Below the pieces are notes generated by a model. The model was not told the DNA's origin and ran no database searches. It worked only from the letters and a program-made list of their open reading frames with translations. From Candidatus Microgenomates bacterium (GTDB lineage: Bacteria; Patescibacteriota; JACPGU01), in contig JACPGU010000002.1 in assembly GCA_016188915.1 (NCBI GenBank), positions 158,346 through 222,345 of the forward strand: 64,000 nt of DNA, in the 5' to 3' direction. Of the stretch, positions 44,784 to 55,632 are shown one piece after another. The translations under genes were made by a program, and so were the position numbers. Position 1 is the first letter of the stretch, and the number at the start of each line of letters is the position of its first letter.

Positions 44784-46898
44784 ATGAGGCGGAAGGAAAA
44801 AAATATGAAAAAGGAATACTTCAAGGAATCCGTAGAGTTTGCGGGACGCACACTCACTGTTGAGTTTGGCAAATTAGCCAAACAAGCAGACGCGGCTCTG
44901 ACCGTCCGTTATGGCGATACGACTATTTTTGCCTCTGTTGTTTCACCACATAAAAAAAGAAACGAAGACCAAGACTTTTTACCCTTGACGGTTGATTACG
45001 AAGAAAAAATGTACGCGGCTGGCAAAATTTCCGGTTCCAGATTTATCAAAAGAGAAGGTCGACCATCAGAAGACGCTATCCTTAATTCTCGTGTTATTGA
45101 TCGACCGATCAGGCCACTTTTTCCTAAGGGTTATTTTTACGATGTGCAGGTGATCGCCACAGCTTTATCCTACGATCAGGAGAACAATTCCAAAGTGCCG
45201 GCCATGGCGGCGGTATCTCTGGCTCTTTCTTTGTCCGATATTCCCTGGAATGGGCCGGTCTCTCTGGCGCGTGTAGGAATGGAGGAGGGCGGACAATTTA
45301 TTTTGAATCCCACTGAAACGCAATTGAAATCTTCACCGCTGGACCTAGTGATTGTTTCAACTGCTAAAAAAGTGATCATGATTGAATGCGCGGCCAAAGA
45401 AGTGCCTCAAGGCAAAGTCCTGGAAGCGATCAAATTCGCTCACGAGGCCAACCAAACATTAATCAAATTTCAAGAAAATCTAATCAAAAAACACGGTTTG
45501 CCAAAGAGAGCTTTTGAAGTAATTATGGATGAAAAGTTTTTGAAAGAGATAGAGGATCAGACAACTGATGCGATTGAAAAAGCTTATGCATTGGCCGACA
45601 AAGTGGAGATGAGCAAAGCCTTTGACGATATTTTAGATCCTTTGATGGAAAAGTACAAAGAAGACGAAGAAAAAACCAAGCTAGTCAAAGATTATTTTGA
45701 TCGCGTAGCGCAAAAAATTTTGCGAAATAATGTTTTGGAGAAGGGCAAGAGAATCGGTGGCAGATCGCTCTCCGAAATTCGTCCCATCTCTTGCGAAACT
45801 TCATTGCTTCCTCGTGTTCATGGTTCAGCATTATTCAATCGTGGATACACGCAGATTTTGAACGTCACGACCCTGGGCTCTAAAAGTATGGCGCAGGTGA
45901 TTGACTCTATGGAGGAGGATACGACCAAAAGATACATGCATCATTACAATTTTCCTCCGTTTTCTACCGGCGAGGCCAAGCCACTGCGTTCGGCCGGTCG
46001 GCGTGAAATCGGCCATGGCGCTTTGGCAGAAAAAGCTCTTCTTCCCGTTTTGCCTTCCGAGGAGTCTTTTCCCTACACCATTCGTTTGGTATCAGAAGCG
46101 ATGTCGTCTGATGGCTCTACTTCTATGGGCTCGACTTGCGCTTCCACGCTGTCTTTGATGGACGCGGGAGTGCCAATTAAGGCGCCTGTTTCTGGTATTG
46201 CGATGGGACTCGTTACTGATGAAAAAGACAATTACAAAGTATTATCTGATATTGCTGGCACCGAAGATCACCATGGTGATATGGATTTCAAAATCGCTGG
46301 CACCAAGGCGGGTATTACCGCTATTCAGCTGGATGTGAAAAACGATGGCCTGACTATGGAAATGATAAAAGATATTTTTTCCCAAGGCGAAAAAGGCCGG
46401 CTAGAGATTTTGGAAAAAATGCTCTCTGTAATTTCTGAGCCAAGAAAAGAGATGTCGCCGTATGCTCCGAGAATGGAAACTATCAAAATCAATCCAGACA
46501 AAATCCGCGACATTATTGGCCCGGGCGGCAAAATCATCAACAAGATTATCGCTGAAACAGGCGCAGAAATTGATATTGAACAAGATGGTAGCGTCTTCAT
46601 CTTCTCCGCCAATCTGGAAGGTTTGGCCAAGGCCAAAGCGATGATTGAAAATCTAGTGGAAGAGCCGGAAATCGGCAAGACTTATGACGGCACGGTGACG
46701 CGCATCATGGATTTCGGCGCCTTTGTGGCTATTATGTCTGGGCAAGAAGGCCTAGTGCATATCTCGGAGATTGCCAACGAGCGAGTGAACAAGGTAGAAG
46801 ACTATCTCAAAGTCGGCCAAGAAGTGAAAGTTTATCTCAAAGAAATTGACGATATGGGTCGCCTGAATTTCTCAATGAAAAAAGCGAGCGAGAAATAA
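44784..46898 (+). CDS. pnp: Polyribonucleotide nucleotidyltransferase (PNPase)
   Basis: Two RNase PH domains, then a KH domain (IIGPGGKIINKIIAETGAEIDIEQDG) and an S1 domain (YDGTVTRIMDFGAFVAI...GLVHISEI). An alternative start is MKKEY at 44805. Confidence 0.95.
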   Translation: MRRKEKNMKKEYFKESVEFAGRTLTVEFGKLAKQADAALTVRYGDTTIFASVVSPHKKRNEDQDFLPLTVDYEEKMYAAGKISGSRFIKREGRPSEDAILNSRVIDRPIRPLFPKGYFYDVQVIATALSYDQENNSKVPAMAAVSLALSLSDIPWNGPVSLARVGMEEGGQFILNPTETQLKSSPLDLVIVSTAKKVIMIECAAKEVPQGKVLEAIKFAHEANQTLIKFQENLIKKHGLPKRAFEVIMDEKFLKEIEDQTTDAIEKAYALADKVEMSKAFDDILDPLMEKYKEDEEKTKLVKDYFDRVAQKILRNNVLEKGKRIGGRSLSEIRPISCETSLLPRVHGSALFNRGYTQILNVTTLGSKSMAQVIDSMEEDTTKRYMHHYNFPPFSTGEAKPLRSAGRREIGHGALAEKALLPVLPSEESFPYTIRLVSEAMSSDGSTSMGSTCASTLSLMDAGVPIKAPVSGIAMGLVTDEKDNYKVLSDIAGTEDHHGDMDFKIAGTKAGITAIQLDVKNDGLTMEMIKDIFSQGEKGRLEILEKMLSVISEPRKEMSPYAPRMETIKINPDKIRDIIGPGGKIINKIIAETGAEIDIEQDGSVFIFSANLEGLAKAKAMIENLVEEPEIGKTYDGTVTRIMDFGAFVAIMSGQEGLVHISEIANERVNKVEDYLKVGQEVKVYLKEIDDMGRLNFSMKKASEK

Positions 46899-46997
46899 AA
46901 AATTAAAAAACTAAAAAATTAAGTCGCCTCATCGGCGACCCGCCGGAGAGGCGGGAAATCAAAAAAACAAAAAAACAAGGAAGCAACAGAAAATGCT

Positions 46998-47037
46998 AGA
47001 GGCGAGGCCTCAAGAATTTCCCCGAGGCCTCGCCTCT
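46998..47037. terminator. Perfect 14-bp stem hairpin downstream of pnp (candidate terminator/RNA-stability element)
   Basis: agaggcgaggcctc-aagaatttcccc-gaggcctcgcctct. Two shorter GC hairpins (gtcgcc..ggcgac, ccgcc..ggcgg) lie at 46923-46955. Confidence 0.5.
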
Positions 47038-47065
47038 AAATTATTTGTTCTATTGGTCAGATATC

Positions 47066-47092
47066 CAATCTACAATCTACAATCTACAATCG
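47066..47092. repeat. Heptamer tandem repeat (CAATCTA)x3.5 upstream of RNase J gene
   Basis: caatcta caatcta caatcta caatcg. Confidence 0.85.
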
Positions 47093-47144
47093 TAAATTAC
47101 TAAGACGCTGATCTCTGGGAGCGTTAGCAAAAATAAAATAAATT

Positions 47145-49001
47145 ATGGAAAATAGAAAAAATGAAAGAAATACGGGGAGGCACTCTTCCCGCAATGCCCG
47201 CAACAGAAATGTCGCGAGAGGCAGTCGTCACCATTTGGTGACCCATGGACCGATCAGTAGCAATGGCGCAAATAGCACAGATCAGCAGAAAAGTCCAAAT
47301 GTCGCCCATATGCCTAAAAGAGCAATCATCAAAATGATTCCTTTGGGCGGGGTGGGCAAAATGAATAAAAATATGATGGTCTATGAGTATGATGATCCAG
47401 CTCTTCCCAACGGCGGAGATATTATTATTGTGGATATGGGAATGGCTTTCCCAGATTCGGATATGCATGGAATTGATTATTTGATTCCTGACATTACCTA
47501 TTTACGCGATCGTAAGGCCAAGATCCGCGGAATTTTAATTACTCATGGTCACGAAGACCACATCGGAGCTCTACCGCATATTGTGCCGGAGATGATTGAT
47601 GTACCTATTTTTGCTACTCGTCTGACGGGAGGATTGATAGAGCGTAAATTTTCTGAATATAATCTTTTACGCGATAAAAAAATACAGGTAGTTAGCCCCG
47701 ATGAAGTATTGCGCTTGGGGGTTTTTCGCATAGAGCCTTTTCGCGTGGCGCACTCAGTGCCGGAGAGCGTGGGTTATGGTATTCACACACCTTACGGTTT
47801 GATTATTCAGACGGGAGATTTTCGCATTGACGAAACGCCGGTCGATGGTTGGACGACTGATTTTGAGAAAATAGAACGCTTGGCAAAAGCTGCCGGTGGA
47901 GTTTTGGTTTTGGCACCGGACAGCACCAACATTCATCGTCAAGGACGGAGCTTGTCTGCCAAAGTGGTGGATGAAGCTTTCGTCCAGGCTTTTTCTGATG
48001 CTCCCGGTCGCGTTATTATTGCCGCCTTTGCCTCTCAAATTGCTCGCGTTCAACAGATTTTCAACGCGGCGGTTCATCATGGTCGCAAGGTAGCTATTTC
48101 CGGACGCTCTATGCAAAACAATATTGAAGTAGCTTTCAGATTGGGCTATTTGAAAGCGCCGGAAGATTTGATTATTCCCCTGCATGAGATAGGCAAACAC
48201 CCAGATAAAAATCTAGTAATTATCGGTACTGGCTCGCAAGGCCAGCAATATTCGGCCCTGGTAAGAATGTCTACCGGTGATCACGCGCAGATTACTTTGA
48301 AAACATTAGACACTATTATTATTTCGTCCAGCCCTATCCCAGGCAATGAAGAAGCGGTCTACAGAATGATGGACGATCTACTCCGCATGGGACCGCGGGT
48401 TATTCACAATCATATGATGGAAATCCACGTTTCCGGTCACGGATTTTATGAAGAGATTTTGGAAATGTACAAAAGAGTTGGACCCAAACACTATATCCCT
48501 GTGCATGGCGATTACAACCAACTAGTTGCCAATCGCGATATGGCCTTAAAACATGGACATGATCCCAGCAAGGTGCATGTTGTGGAAGATGGCAATATCA
48601 TAGAGATAGATGAAAAGGGTTTGCGTGTTTCTAGCAAGAAAGCGCCAGTCGGAGCGGTAATGGTAGACGGCCTAGGCGTGGGAGATATCGGCAATATTGT
48701 TTTGCGCGATCGCCAAGCGATGGCTACTGAAGGATTATTCGTAGTAATCGTCACTATTAGCAAAAAAAATGGCACGATGGCTACTTCTCCGGATATTATC
48801 AGCCGTGGATTTGTCTATATGAGAGAATCAGAAGCCTTGATCCAGGGTGCGCGATCGGAAATCAAAAAAATAGTCACTCGCCACAGTCGAGGCCGTGATT
48901 GGAAAATGGTTAAAGAAATTTTGCGCGATGAGATAGGCAATTATCTCTATAAAAATACCAAGCGTCGCCCAATGGTAATACCAGTAGTAATAGAGGTCTG
49001 A
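47145..49001 (+). CDS. rnj: Ribonuclease J (beta-CASP MBL RNase) with basic N-terminal extension
   Basis: IIPLGGVGKMNKNMMVYEY...IIIVDMGMAF...GIDYLIPDITYL...ILITHGHEDHIGALP. An alternative start is MPKRAII at 47310. The first 55 aa are R/N/S-rich. Confidence 0.9.
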   Translation: MENRKNERNTGRHSSRNARNRNVARGSRHHLVTHGPISSNGANSTDQQKSPNVAHMPKRAIIKMIPLGGVGKMNKNMMVYEYDDPALPNGGDIIIVDMGMAFPDSDMHGIDYLIPDITYLRDRKAKIRGILITHGHEDHIGALPHIVPEMIDVPIFATRLTGGLIERKFSEYNLLRDKKIQVVSPDEVLRLGVFRIEPFRVAHSVPESVGYGIHTPYGLIIQTGDFRIDETPVDGWTTDFEKIERLAKAAGGVLVLAPDSTNIHRQGRSLSAKVVDEAFVQAFSDAPGRVIIAAFASQIARVQQIFNAAVHHGRKVAISGRSMQNNIEVAFRLGYLKAPEDLIIPLHEIGKHPDKNLVIIGTGSQGQQYSALVRMSTGDHAQITLKTLDTIIISSSPIPGNEEAVYRMMDDLLRMGPRVIHNHMMEIHVSGHGFYEEILEMYKRVGPKHYIPVHGDYNQLVANRDMALKHGHDPSKVHVVEDGNIIEIDEKGLRVSSKKAPVGAVMVDGLGVGDIGNIVLRDRQAMATEGLFVVIVTISKKNGTMATSPDIISRGFVYMRESEALIQGARSEIKKIVTRHSRGRDWKMVKEILRDEIGNYLYKNTKRRPMVIPVVIEV

Positions 49002-49187
49002 TAGTAAGTTAAAAATTAAAACTAAAAACTGAAAATTCAAGAAGACCGCATTCGCGGTCTTCTTTGGTATTTACAAAAATATTTGGCTATGATAAAAAGT
49101 TTGAGATAGATTTAATATAAATAACAAATCTTGGTCTCCGTGTTCAATCCAAGACGGGGCTGAGGTTTATTTTTTTGGAGGTTTTTT

Positions 49188-51179
49188 ATGATTTTTTTGT
49201 TTGTTGCGTTAGGAGTTGGAGTGTGTGGTCTGCTTTCTGGCCTTATCCTTTATTTCATTATAAAAACTGCTCCTTCGGGAGATAGCAAAATTTTGAAAAT
49301 TGCTTCCCACATTCATTCAGGAGCAATGGCTTTTTTGAAAAAAGAATATGCTTATTTGTCTGTTTTTATTCTTGTCTCGGCCGTTCTTCTTTATTATTTT
49401 ATCTCTCCCTATATGGCCGTAGCTTTTGTCTTTGGGGCTATTTTTTCTATTTTTGCCGGCTTTATAGGCATGAAAGCGGCGACAGCGGCCAATGTTCGAA
49501 CAGCTTATGCCGCCAAAAAATTTGGCAAAGATCGTGCGCTTTTAATGGCCTATGGCGGTGGCGCGGTAATGGGTTTGGCTGTGGCTTCCTTGGGGCTAAT
49601 TGGAGTGGTTATTTTATTTTATTATTTTATTATTTTGGGGACTGCTTCCGCTTCCTATTTGGTTGGATTTGCTTTTGGTGCTACCGCTATCGCTTTATTC
49701 GCTAGAGTTGGCGGTGGTATTTTTACTAAGGCGGCCGATGTAGGTGCCGATCTAGCTGGCAAAATAGAAGCGGGTATTCCGGAAGACGATCCGAGAAATC
49801 CGGCCGTGATAGCTGATAATGTCGGTGATTGTGTTGGCGATGTGGCCGGTATGGGGGCTGATATTTTTGAATCCTATGTTGATTCTATGATCGCTACTAT
49901 CATAATTGGCGCGACAGCAGTTTCTTTTTCCGCTTTTCGTCTGGAAAGTATGATTTTGCCTTTGATTTTGGCTACTATCGGGCTAGCAAGTTCTTTTGTA
50001 GGTATTGCTTCCATTATTTTCTTAAAAAAAATTAGTCCGCAAGCGGCTTTGCGTTATTCCACTTTTATCGCGGCAGGTTTATTTGCCGTTATCTCGTGGT
50101 ATGTTATCAGCCAATATTTTGCAGTTTTGGGTTCGCCATTAGACTTTTTTGCCGCCGTCATTGTTGGCTTATTGGCCGGTATCTTTATCGGGCTAGTGAC
50201 AGAATATTATACTTCAGGGAAACCAGTAAGAGAGATCGCCGAAGCGGCGCAAACTGGAGCAGGCACCAATTTGATTTCAGGATTGGCTATCGGTATGGAG
50301 TCAACTATCGCACCTATTTTGATTGTTGCGGCCAGTATTTATCTGGCACATTATTTTGCTGGTATTTATGGTATTGGTTTGGCGGCTATCGGTATGTTGG
50401 CGACTGTTGGCGTTACTATGACGGTGGATGCTTATGGACCAATAGCGGATAATGCCGGAGGTATTGCTGAAATGGGCGGACTGGGGGAAGAAACTAGAAG
50501 GATTACCGATTCTCTAGATACTATTGGCAATACGACCGCGGCTATTGGGAAAGGTTTTGGCATCGGTTCGGCTGTTTTGACCGTGGTGGCTTTGTTCGCC
50601 GCTTTTGGCGAAGAAACCCATCTGTCTTCTATTGATGTTCGCCATGCGATGGTAGTAATCGGTATGATGTTGGGTGGAATCCTGCCTTATTTTATTTCTT
50701 CTTCTACCATGCAGGCGGTTGGTCGCGCCGCTTTTTCTATGATTAAAGAAGTCAGAAGGCAGTTTAATGAAATAGCGGGACTTCGCGAAGGCAAGGCCGA
50801 TCCTGACTCTGATCGTTGTGTTAGCATTGCTACTTCCGCGGCTTTGCGTCAAATGATTACGCCGGGGATATTGGTGATAGTAGCTCCTATTTTTGCGGGT
50901 TTTGTTTTGGGAGCGGAAGCTTTGGGGGGTCTTTTGGCTGGCGCTATCATCACTGGCGCTTTCCTTTCTTTTTTCATGGCTAATGCCGGCGGCGCTTGGG
51001 ACAATGCCAAAAAACATATAGAAAAAGGCCACTATGGCGGCAAGGGATCCAACGCTCACAAAGCGGCCGTAGTCGGTGATACCGTTGGTGATCCCTTCAA
51101 GGATACTTCTGGCCCGGCCGTCTCTATCTTGGTCAAACTTTTGGGCGTAGTATCTTTGGTTATCGCATCTATTCTGTAA
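49188..51179 (+). CDS. hppA: Membrane-bound proton/sodium-translocating pyrophosphatase
   Basis: 663 aa and multi-TM. Diagnostic blocks are [38 protein letters not shown] and [14 protein letters not shown]. Confidence 0.95.
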   Translation: MIFLFVALGVGVCGLLSGLILYFIIKTAPSGDSKILKIASHIHSGAMAFLKKEYAYLSVFILVSAVLLYYFISPYMAVAFVFGAIFSIFAGFIGMKAATAANVRTAYAAKKFGKDRALLMAYGGGAVMGLAVASLGLIGVVILFYYFIILGTASASYLVGFAFGATAIALFARVGGGIFTKAADVGADLAGKIEAGIPEDDPRNPAVIADNVGDCVGDVAGMGADIFESYVDSMIATIIIGATAVSFSAFRLESMILPLILATIGLASSFVGIASIIFLKKISPQAALRYSTFIAAGLFAVISWYVISQYFAVLGSPLDFFAAVIVGLLAGIFIGLVTEYYTSGKPVREIAEAAQTGAGTNLISGLAIGMESTIAPILIVAASIYLAHYFAGIYGIGLAAIGMLATVGVTMTVDAYGPIADNAGGIAEMGGLGEETRRITDSLDTIGNTTAAIGKGFGIGSAVLTVVALFAAFGEETHLSSIDVRHAMVVIGMMLGGILPYFISSSTMQAVGRAAFSMIKEVRRQFNEIAGLREGKADPDSDRCVSIATSAALRQMITPGILVIVAPIFAGFVLGAEALGGLLAGAIITGAFLSFFMANAGGAWDNAKKHIEKGHYGGKGSNAHKAAVVGDTVGDPFKDTSGPAVSILVKLLGVVSLVIASIL

Positions 51180-51230
51180 ATATTTTGACCTCCCACTTTA
51201 TTTTTCTATTGTTTGTGATAGAGTAGGTTT

Positions 51231-53450
51231 ATGCCTAAAAAGAAAAATCAACAGGTCAAAAAATCCAAGACCAAGCCCAGCAAAAAAAGTAAACAAGAAG
51301 AATTGGAACTGGCGATTAGCCCTGATACCATGGCAGAAATTATTGCCATTGTTTTTGTTCTCGTTGGTGGTATTTTGGGACTTTCCTTGTTTGACCTTTT
51401 TGGCAGTTTTGGGCAGTATATCGGTGAAATAGCAAAGCAAATCTTCGGCTGGTCTTCGTATTTATTCTCTCTATCTTTGCTCATTTTTGGTATTTTGATG
51501 TTTTTCCCAGGGCGTTATCCCGTCAAGGCTACTACCTATGTCGGGTTTGCCATGGTCAATCTGCTTGTACCAATGTTTATTCATCTTTTTGTTCAGGCGG
51601 ATTTTTCTTTTGATACGGCTCTAGATGGTGCTGGCGGAGGTTTTGTCGGCCATTTTTTGGGGCAAGGGCTGAAGAGCTATGTGGATATGTCTGGCTCTAT
51701 TGTTATCATTGGTGGACTATTTTTGATTGCCTGTTTGATGTTGTTTAACACTAGCCTGCGCCGTATTCAGGAGCAGATGGACTCTGACCCCTATAAGATT
51801 TCTATTGATCCGCCAAAAGCTTTGGGAAAATTAAAAATCAATATTCCCTCCCCTTCTTTGAAAGAAAAATTTTCTGGCGCTATCAAGGGAGCGGTGAATA
51901 AAGCAGAAGGCGTAGAGGAAAAATCCATTAAAACATCAGAATCGGCAGAAGAGAAAAATACCGAGGAGACAATAGTAAAAGAAAATTTTTCCTGGGAGTA
52001 TCCGCCACTTTCTTTATTGGAAGAATCAAAATATTCGGTTGATAGTGGCAATGTCACTGGCAATGCCGAAACTATTGCCAAAACTTTGGCGCAATTTGGC
52101 ATTCGGGTAGCGATGCAGGATGTTAATGTGGGTCCGACTTTTACGCAATACACTCTGAAGCCGGCCGAAGGAACAAAGCTTTCCAAAATCACCACTCTTC
52201 AAGATGATTTGGCCTTAGCCTTGGCTACTCACCCCATTCGTATTGAAGCGCCTATTCCTGGTAAGTCATTGGTGGGGGTAGAAGTGCCTAATAAAAAAGT
52301 AGCACAAGTTCGCCTAAAAGAGATCTTGCAGTCAGGTGAATATCGTTCAGCTGCCGACAGGGGCAATTTGGTAGTGTCTTTGGGTAAGGATGTTTCTGGC
52401 GTGCCAGCGGTCGCTGATATTGCCAGAATGCCTCATATTTTGATTGCTGGTGCTACTGGTTCTGGTAAAAGCGTTTGTGTGAATGGTATCTTGGCCAGCC
52501 TTCTTTTTCGCTACAGCCCCAAGGAATTGCGACTGATTATGGTGGACCCCAAAAGAGTAGAGATGACCGGTTACAATGATATCGCGCACCTTCTGACGCC
52601 TGTTATTACCGAACCGGACAAAACTATCAATGCTTTTCGTTGGGCAGTGGGAGAAATGGAAAATCGCTATAAACTTTTGAGTAGTGTCGGCGCGCGCGAT
52701 ATTGTCGGCTATAACAAAAAACTTGGTAAAAACGAAGAATCTATGCCCTATATTGTTTTGGTGGTAGATGAGTTGGCGGATGTAATGATTCAAGCGGCGC
52801 AAGAGATGGAGGGGCTAATCGTTAGGATCGCCCAAATGGCACGAGCAGTAGGTATTCATTTGATTTTAGCAACACAAAGGCCTTCGGTTAATGTGGTGAC
52901 GGGACTGATTAAGGCAAATGTACCGTCTCGAGTCGCTTTTCGAGTGGCATCCCAAGTGGATAGTCGTACTATTTTAGATATGGCAGGAGCAGAACGACTA
53001 ATCGGAAGAGGAGATATGCTTTTTATGGCAGGCGATGGACAAAAGCCCAAGCGTATCCAGGGTGTTTTCGTTGACGATAAAGAGATCAAATCAATCATTG
53101 ATAAAATAAAAGCGCAGCAAGAGCCGGAATATAATGAAGATGTAATCAAGCCACATAAAGCGCCAGGTATGGCTGGCGGAGCTATGGCGGGAGAGATAGA
53201 CGATGATATGTATCAACAGGCTTATGATGAAGTAGTGCGTTCGGGCAAAGCCTCGGCTTCTTTTTTACAAAGGCGCTTAAGAATTGGTTACGCGAGAGCG
53301 GCCAGGCTTTTAGATATACTAGAAGAACAAGGCGTAATTGCCTCTGCTGATGGTTCTAAGCCACGAGAAGTGATTGTTTCCAGAGCTGATAATACTGCTC
53401 CAACCGAGATCTATGATGATGATTGGGGCGATGAAAATGAAGAGGCCTAG
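51231..53450 (+). CDS. ftsK: DNA translocase FtsK/SpoIIIE
   Basis: An N-terminal TM domain; Walker A ILIAGATGSGKSVCVNGIL; the gamma/winged-helix domain at the C-terminus (ASASFLQRRLRIGYARAARLLDILEEQGVI). Confidence 0.95.
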   Translation: MPKKKNQQVKKSKTKPSKKSKQEELELAISPDTMAEIIAIVFVLVGGILGLSLFDLFGSFGQYIGEIAKQIFGWSSYLFSLSLLIFGILMFFPGRYPVKATTYVGFAMVNLLVPMFIHLFVQADFSFDTALDGAGGGFVGHFLGQGLKSYVDMSGSIVIIGGLFLIACLMLFNTSLRRIQEQMDSDPYKISIDPPKALGKLKINIPSPSLKEKFSGAIKGAVNKAEGVEEKSIKTSESAEEKNTEETIVKENFSWEYPPLSLLEESKYSVDSGNVTGNAETIAKTLAQFGIRVAMQDVNVGPTFTQYTLKPAEGTKLSKITTLQDDLALALATHPIRIEAPIPGKSLVGVEVPNKKVAQVRLKEILQSGEYRSAADRGNLVVSLGKDVSGVPAVADIARMPHILIAGATGSGKSVCVNGILASLLFRYSPKELRLIMVDPKRVEMTGYNDIAHLLTPVITEPDKTINAFRWAVGEMENRYKLLSSVGARDIVGYNKKLGKNEESMPYIVLVVDELADVMIQAAQEMEGLIVRIAQMARAVGIHLILATQRPSVNVVTGLIKANVPSRVAFRVASQVDSRTILDMAGAERLIGRGDMLFMAGDGQKPKRIQGVFVDDKEIKSIIDKIKAQQEPEYNEDVIKPHKAPGMAGGAMAGEIDDDMYQQAYDEVVRSGKASASFLQRRLRIGYARAARLLDILEEQGVIASADGSKPREVIVSRADNTAPTEIYDDDWGDENEEA

Positions 53451-54772
53451 ATTACGAGATAGCCCAAGAACCCCGCCAGGCTAATAATTATCATAGAAGC
53501 TCCCAGCCGCCAAGAAAATTGCCGATGCCCCTGAATAGTAGCGTAGATGGATTTGCTGATAAGATTGGTCGCGTTGATGGCGACAAAGACCAAGAGAGCA
53601 GATTTGAAAGTAATAACAGAACCAGCTGTTTCCGCCAAGTTGACCGTCACAGCATCTATGCCGGAAAAAGAAGCAATAACAGAAGTTAAGAGAAACCCTT
53701 TTTGACCGAAGAGCAAAAGACTGGTCTTGGTAATGATCCTGACAGCAATCAAAATACAAGCAAATTTGATAGCGGGCAATAAAGAAAAAAGCTTTTTATC
53801 GTGCCGGTTGGCTATTTGGTCAAAACGGCTTTTTTTGTCTCGGTAGGCCAGGAAAAAAAGAGCCAAGGCAAGAGCAGATATAGTAATCAAAACCAAAGTG
53901 GGAGTAATGGCAACCAGCCATTGACTATTGATAGCCAAGACAATAATAAAAATTTGGATAAAACTGGCGGCATTAGCCAGCATCGCCGATCCCAGGAGCC
54001 TGCGATAGGATTTATTTTTATTGCTTTGCATAGCCAGAGATTGTGTTGTGGCGGTAGAAGAAATAAATCCAGCTATTGCGCTAGTCAAAACAACGCCGCT
54101 ATTTTTACCAATCAAACGGCTCGTAATATAGCCAAAAATGTCAATGCCGGTAATCAGAGCAACAATCAGCCAAAGACGGTGTGGATTGAATATCTCAATA
54201 TCTCCCCATGATCCTAGGTGAATACTATAAGCGTCTAAGAGAGCTGAAATATTAGGGATATCGGTCAGGTAGTAGGCTTTATTGGGTAAAAACGGCAAAA
54301 CTACCAAAGCAATAATGAGATAGCTAATGAAAGATTGTACTTCTTGATGAGAAATGCCGAGTATTATTTTTTTAGTTTGAGATTTGGCCGATAAAATAAG
54401 CAATAAAACCACCAAAAGCGCCACAGACATTTGTACCGATAGAGCTTCGGCGGTGATGAAGAATCCGAGCAGAAAAGCGTAGAGAGCGGAGATCTCTGTA
54501 GTGAGCCCTAGCCCTCCGGTAGAGAGAGAACTTAAAATATAATAGATAGCAATCAAAGTAAAAATCCCGACAGCGATAATCAAAAAGATGCCGGTCATCC
54601 CCTCTGCGTTGGCGAATCCGGCAAAAGCGCCCATGATAGCGATCAAGGCAAAGGTGCGAATACCGCCTAATGTTCCTTTGTGATCGCTGTTGCGGCTGGA
54701 CTCTCTTTCCAGCCCGATTAAGGCGCCAAAGATAGCCGACAGGAGAAATTTTAATGGCAAGGCTAAAATCAT
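53447..54772 (-). CDS. MgtC/SapB-family N-terminal domain + DUF4010-type polytopic membrane protein
   Basis: 441 aa. The N-terminus FLLSAIFGALIGLERESSRNSDHKGTLGGIRTFALIAIMGAFAG fits the MgtC family. The remainder is multi-TM. Confidence 0.55.
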   Translation of the reverse strand: MILALPLKFLLSAIFGALIGLERESSRNSDHKGTLGGIRTFALIAIMGAFAGFANAEGMTGIFLIIAVGIFTLIAIYYILSSLSTGGLGLTTEISALYAFLLGFFITAEALSVQMSVALLVVLLLILSAKSQTKKIILGISHQEVQSFISYLIIALVVLPFLPNKAYYLTDIPNISALLDAYSIHLGSWGDIEIFNPHRLWLIVALITGIDIFGYITSRLIGKNSGVVLTSAIAGFISSTATTQSLAMQSNKNKSYRRLLGSAMLANAASFIQIFIIVLAINSQWLVAITPTLVLITISALALALFFLAYRDKKSRFDQIANRHDKKLFSLLPAIKFACILIAVRIITKTSLLLFGQKGFLLTSVIASFSGIDAVTVNLAETAGSVITFKSALLVFVAINATNLISKSIYATIQGHRQFSWRLGASMIIISLAGFLGYLVI

Positions 54773-54941
54773 ATTTTGTTTTTGTTTATCAGAAAATTAC
54801 TTCAATATTACTACGAATTAAAAAATGGCACAAACAGAAATTTTAATTAGTTTACAGGCTTATTTTTTTGTGCTAAAATAAAAGAAAACAGTAATCCTTT
54901 TTCCGCTTCATCAGCGGGCAAATGGCCATAAAAGGAGATTT

Positions 54942-55595
54942 ATGAAAAAATACGAACTAGCTTTTGTTTTGGGAGAAAAAAATACTGAACCGAAAGCGCA
55001 AGAGATCGCTCGTGAGATAAAAAATATTTTAACCGAACGCAAAGCAGAGATAGAAAGTGATTTTTTTTGGGGCAAAAAGAAATTGGCCTATCCTATCGCC
55101 GGGAACTCTTTTGGCTATTATTTTATAGTAGTTTTTTCAGCTGACGAGGGGGTGCTTGCCAAAATTAACAAAGATCTGAATCTCAACGAAACAGTAGTGC
55201 GGCATTTGATTACGCGCCATATCGAGGGTCTGGAAAAGCCATGGGAAGGAGAAAAAGAAAGTGATGGAAGAGATATTAAGGAAGAGAAAGAACAAGCTCC
55301 AAAAAAGAAAAAGGTAATTATTGAAAAAGAAAAGGAATTGCCCAAGAAAGAAGAAAAAGAAGATATTAAAGTAAAAAAGGAAGAGAAGAAAGGCCCCAAT
55401 GCTTCGGTCGGAGCAAGCAAGCTTGATGAGGCTATCGTTAAAGATATCGAGGAAAAGATTGAAGAAAAAGAATCACAAGAAAAACAAATCAAAGAGCTGA
55501 TTGAGGAAAGGAGAGAACCGACAGAAGAAGAGAGAAAGGCGGAACTGGATAAAAAACTGGCAGAAATTTTAGGAAATGACATAGATTCTTTGTAG
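54942..55595 (+). CDS. rpsF: 30S ribosomal protein S6 with Lys/Glu-rich C-terminal extension
   Basis: MKKYELAFVLGE...WGKKKLAYPIAGNSFGYYFIVVFSAD fits the S6 fold. The C-terminal roughly 110 aa are KE-rich low complexity. Confidence 0.8.
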   Translation: MKKYELAFVLGEKNTEPKAQEIAREIKNILTERKAEIESDFFWGKKKLAYPIAGNSFGYYFIVVFSADEGVLAKINKDLNLNETVVRHLITRHIEGLEKPWEGEKESDGRDIKEEKEQAPKKKKVIIEKEKELPKKEEKEDIKVKKEEKKGPNASVGASKLDEAIVKDIEEKIEEKESQEKQIKELIEERREPTEEERKAELDKKLAEILGNDIDSL

Positions 55596-55632
55596 GCGAT
55601 AATATTCATAATATTCATAAAGGGGACATCAT

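Noticed and set aside
47124-47468. 114-aa minus-strand ORF overlapping the RNase J start
   Set aside because: It is antisense to the well-supported rnj N-terminus.
50096-51059. ORFs in alternative frames within hppA (50096..50452 plus, 50514..51059 minus)
   Set aside because: They lie inside the conserved pyrophosphatase gene. Their translations are Arg/Cys/Tyr-rich frame artefacts.
53481-54211. ORFs in alternative frames or antisense within the MgtC-like membrane protein gene
   Set aside because: They are shadow ORFs of a hydrophobic-protein gene. They have no signals.
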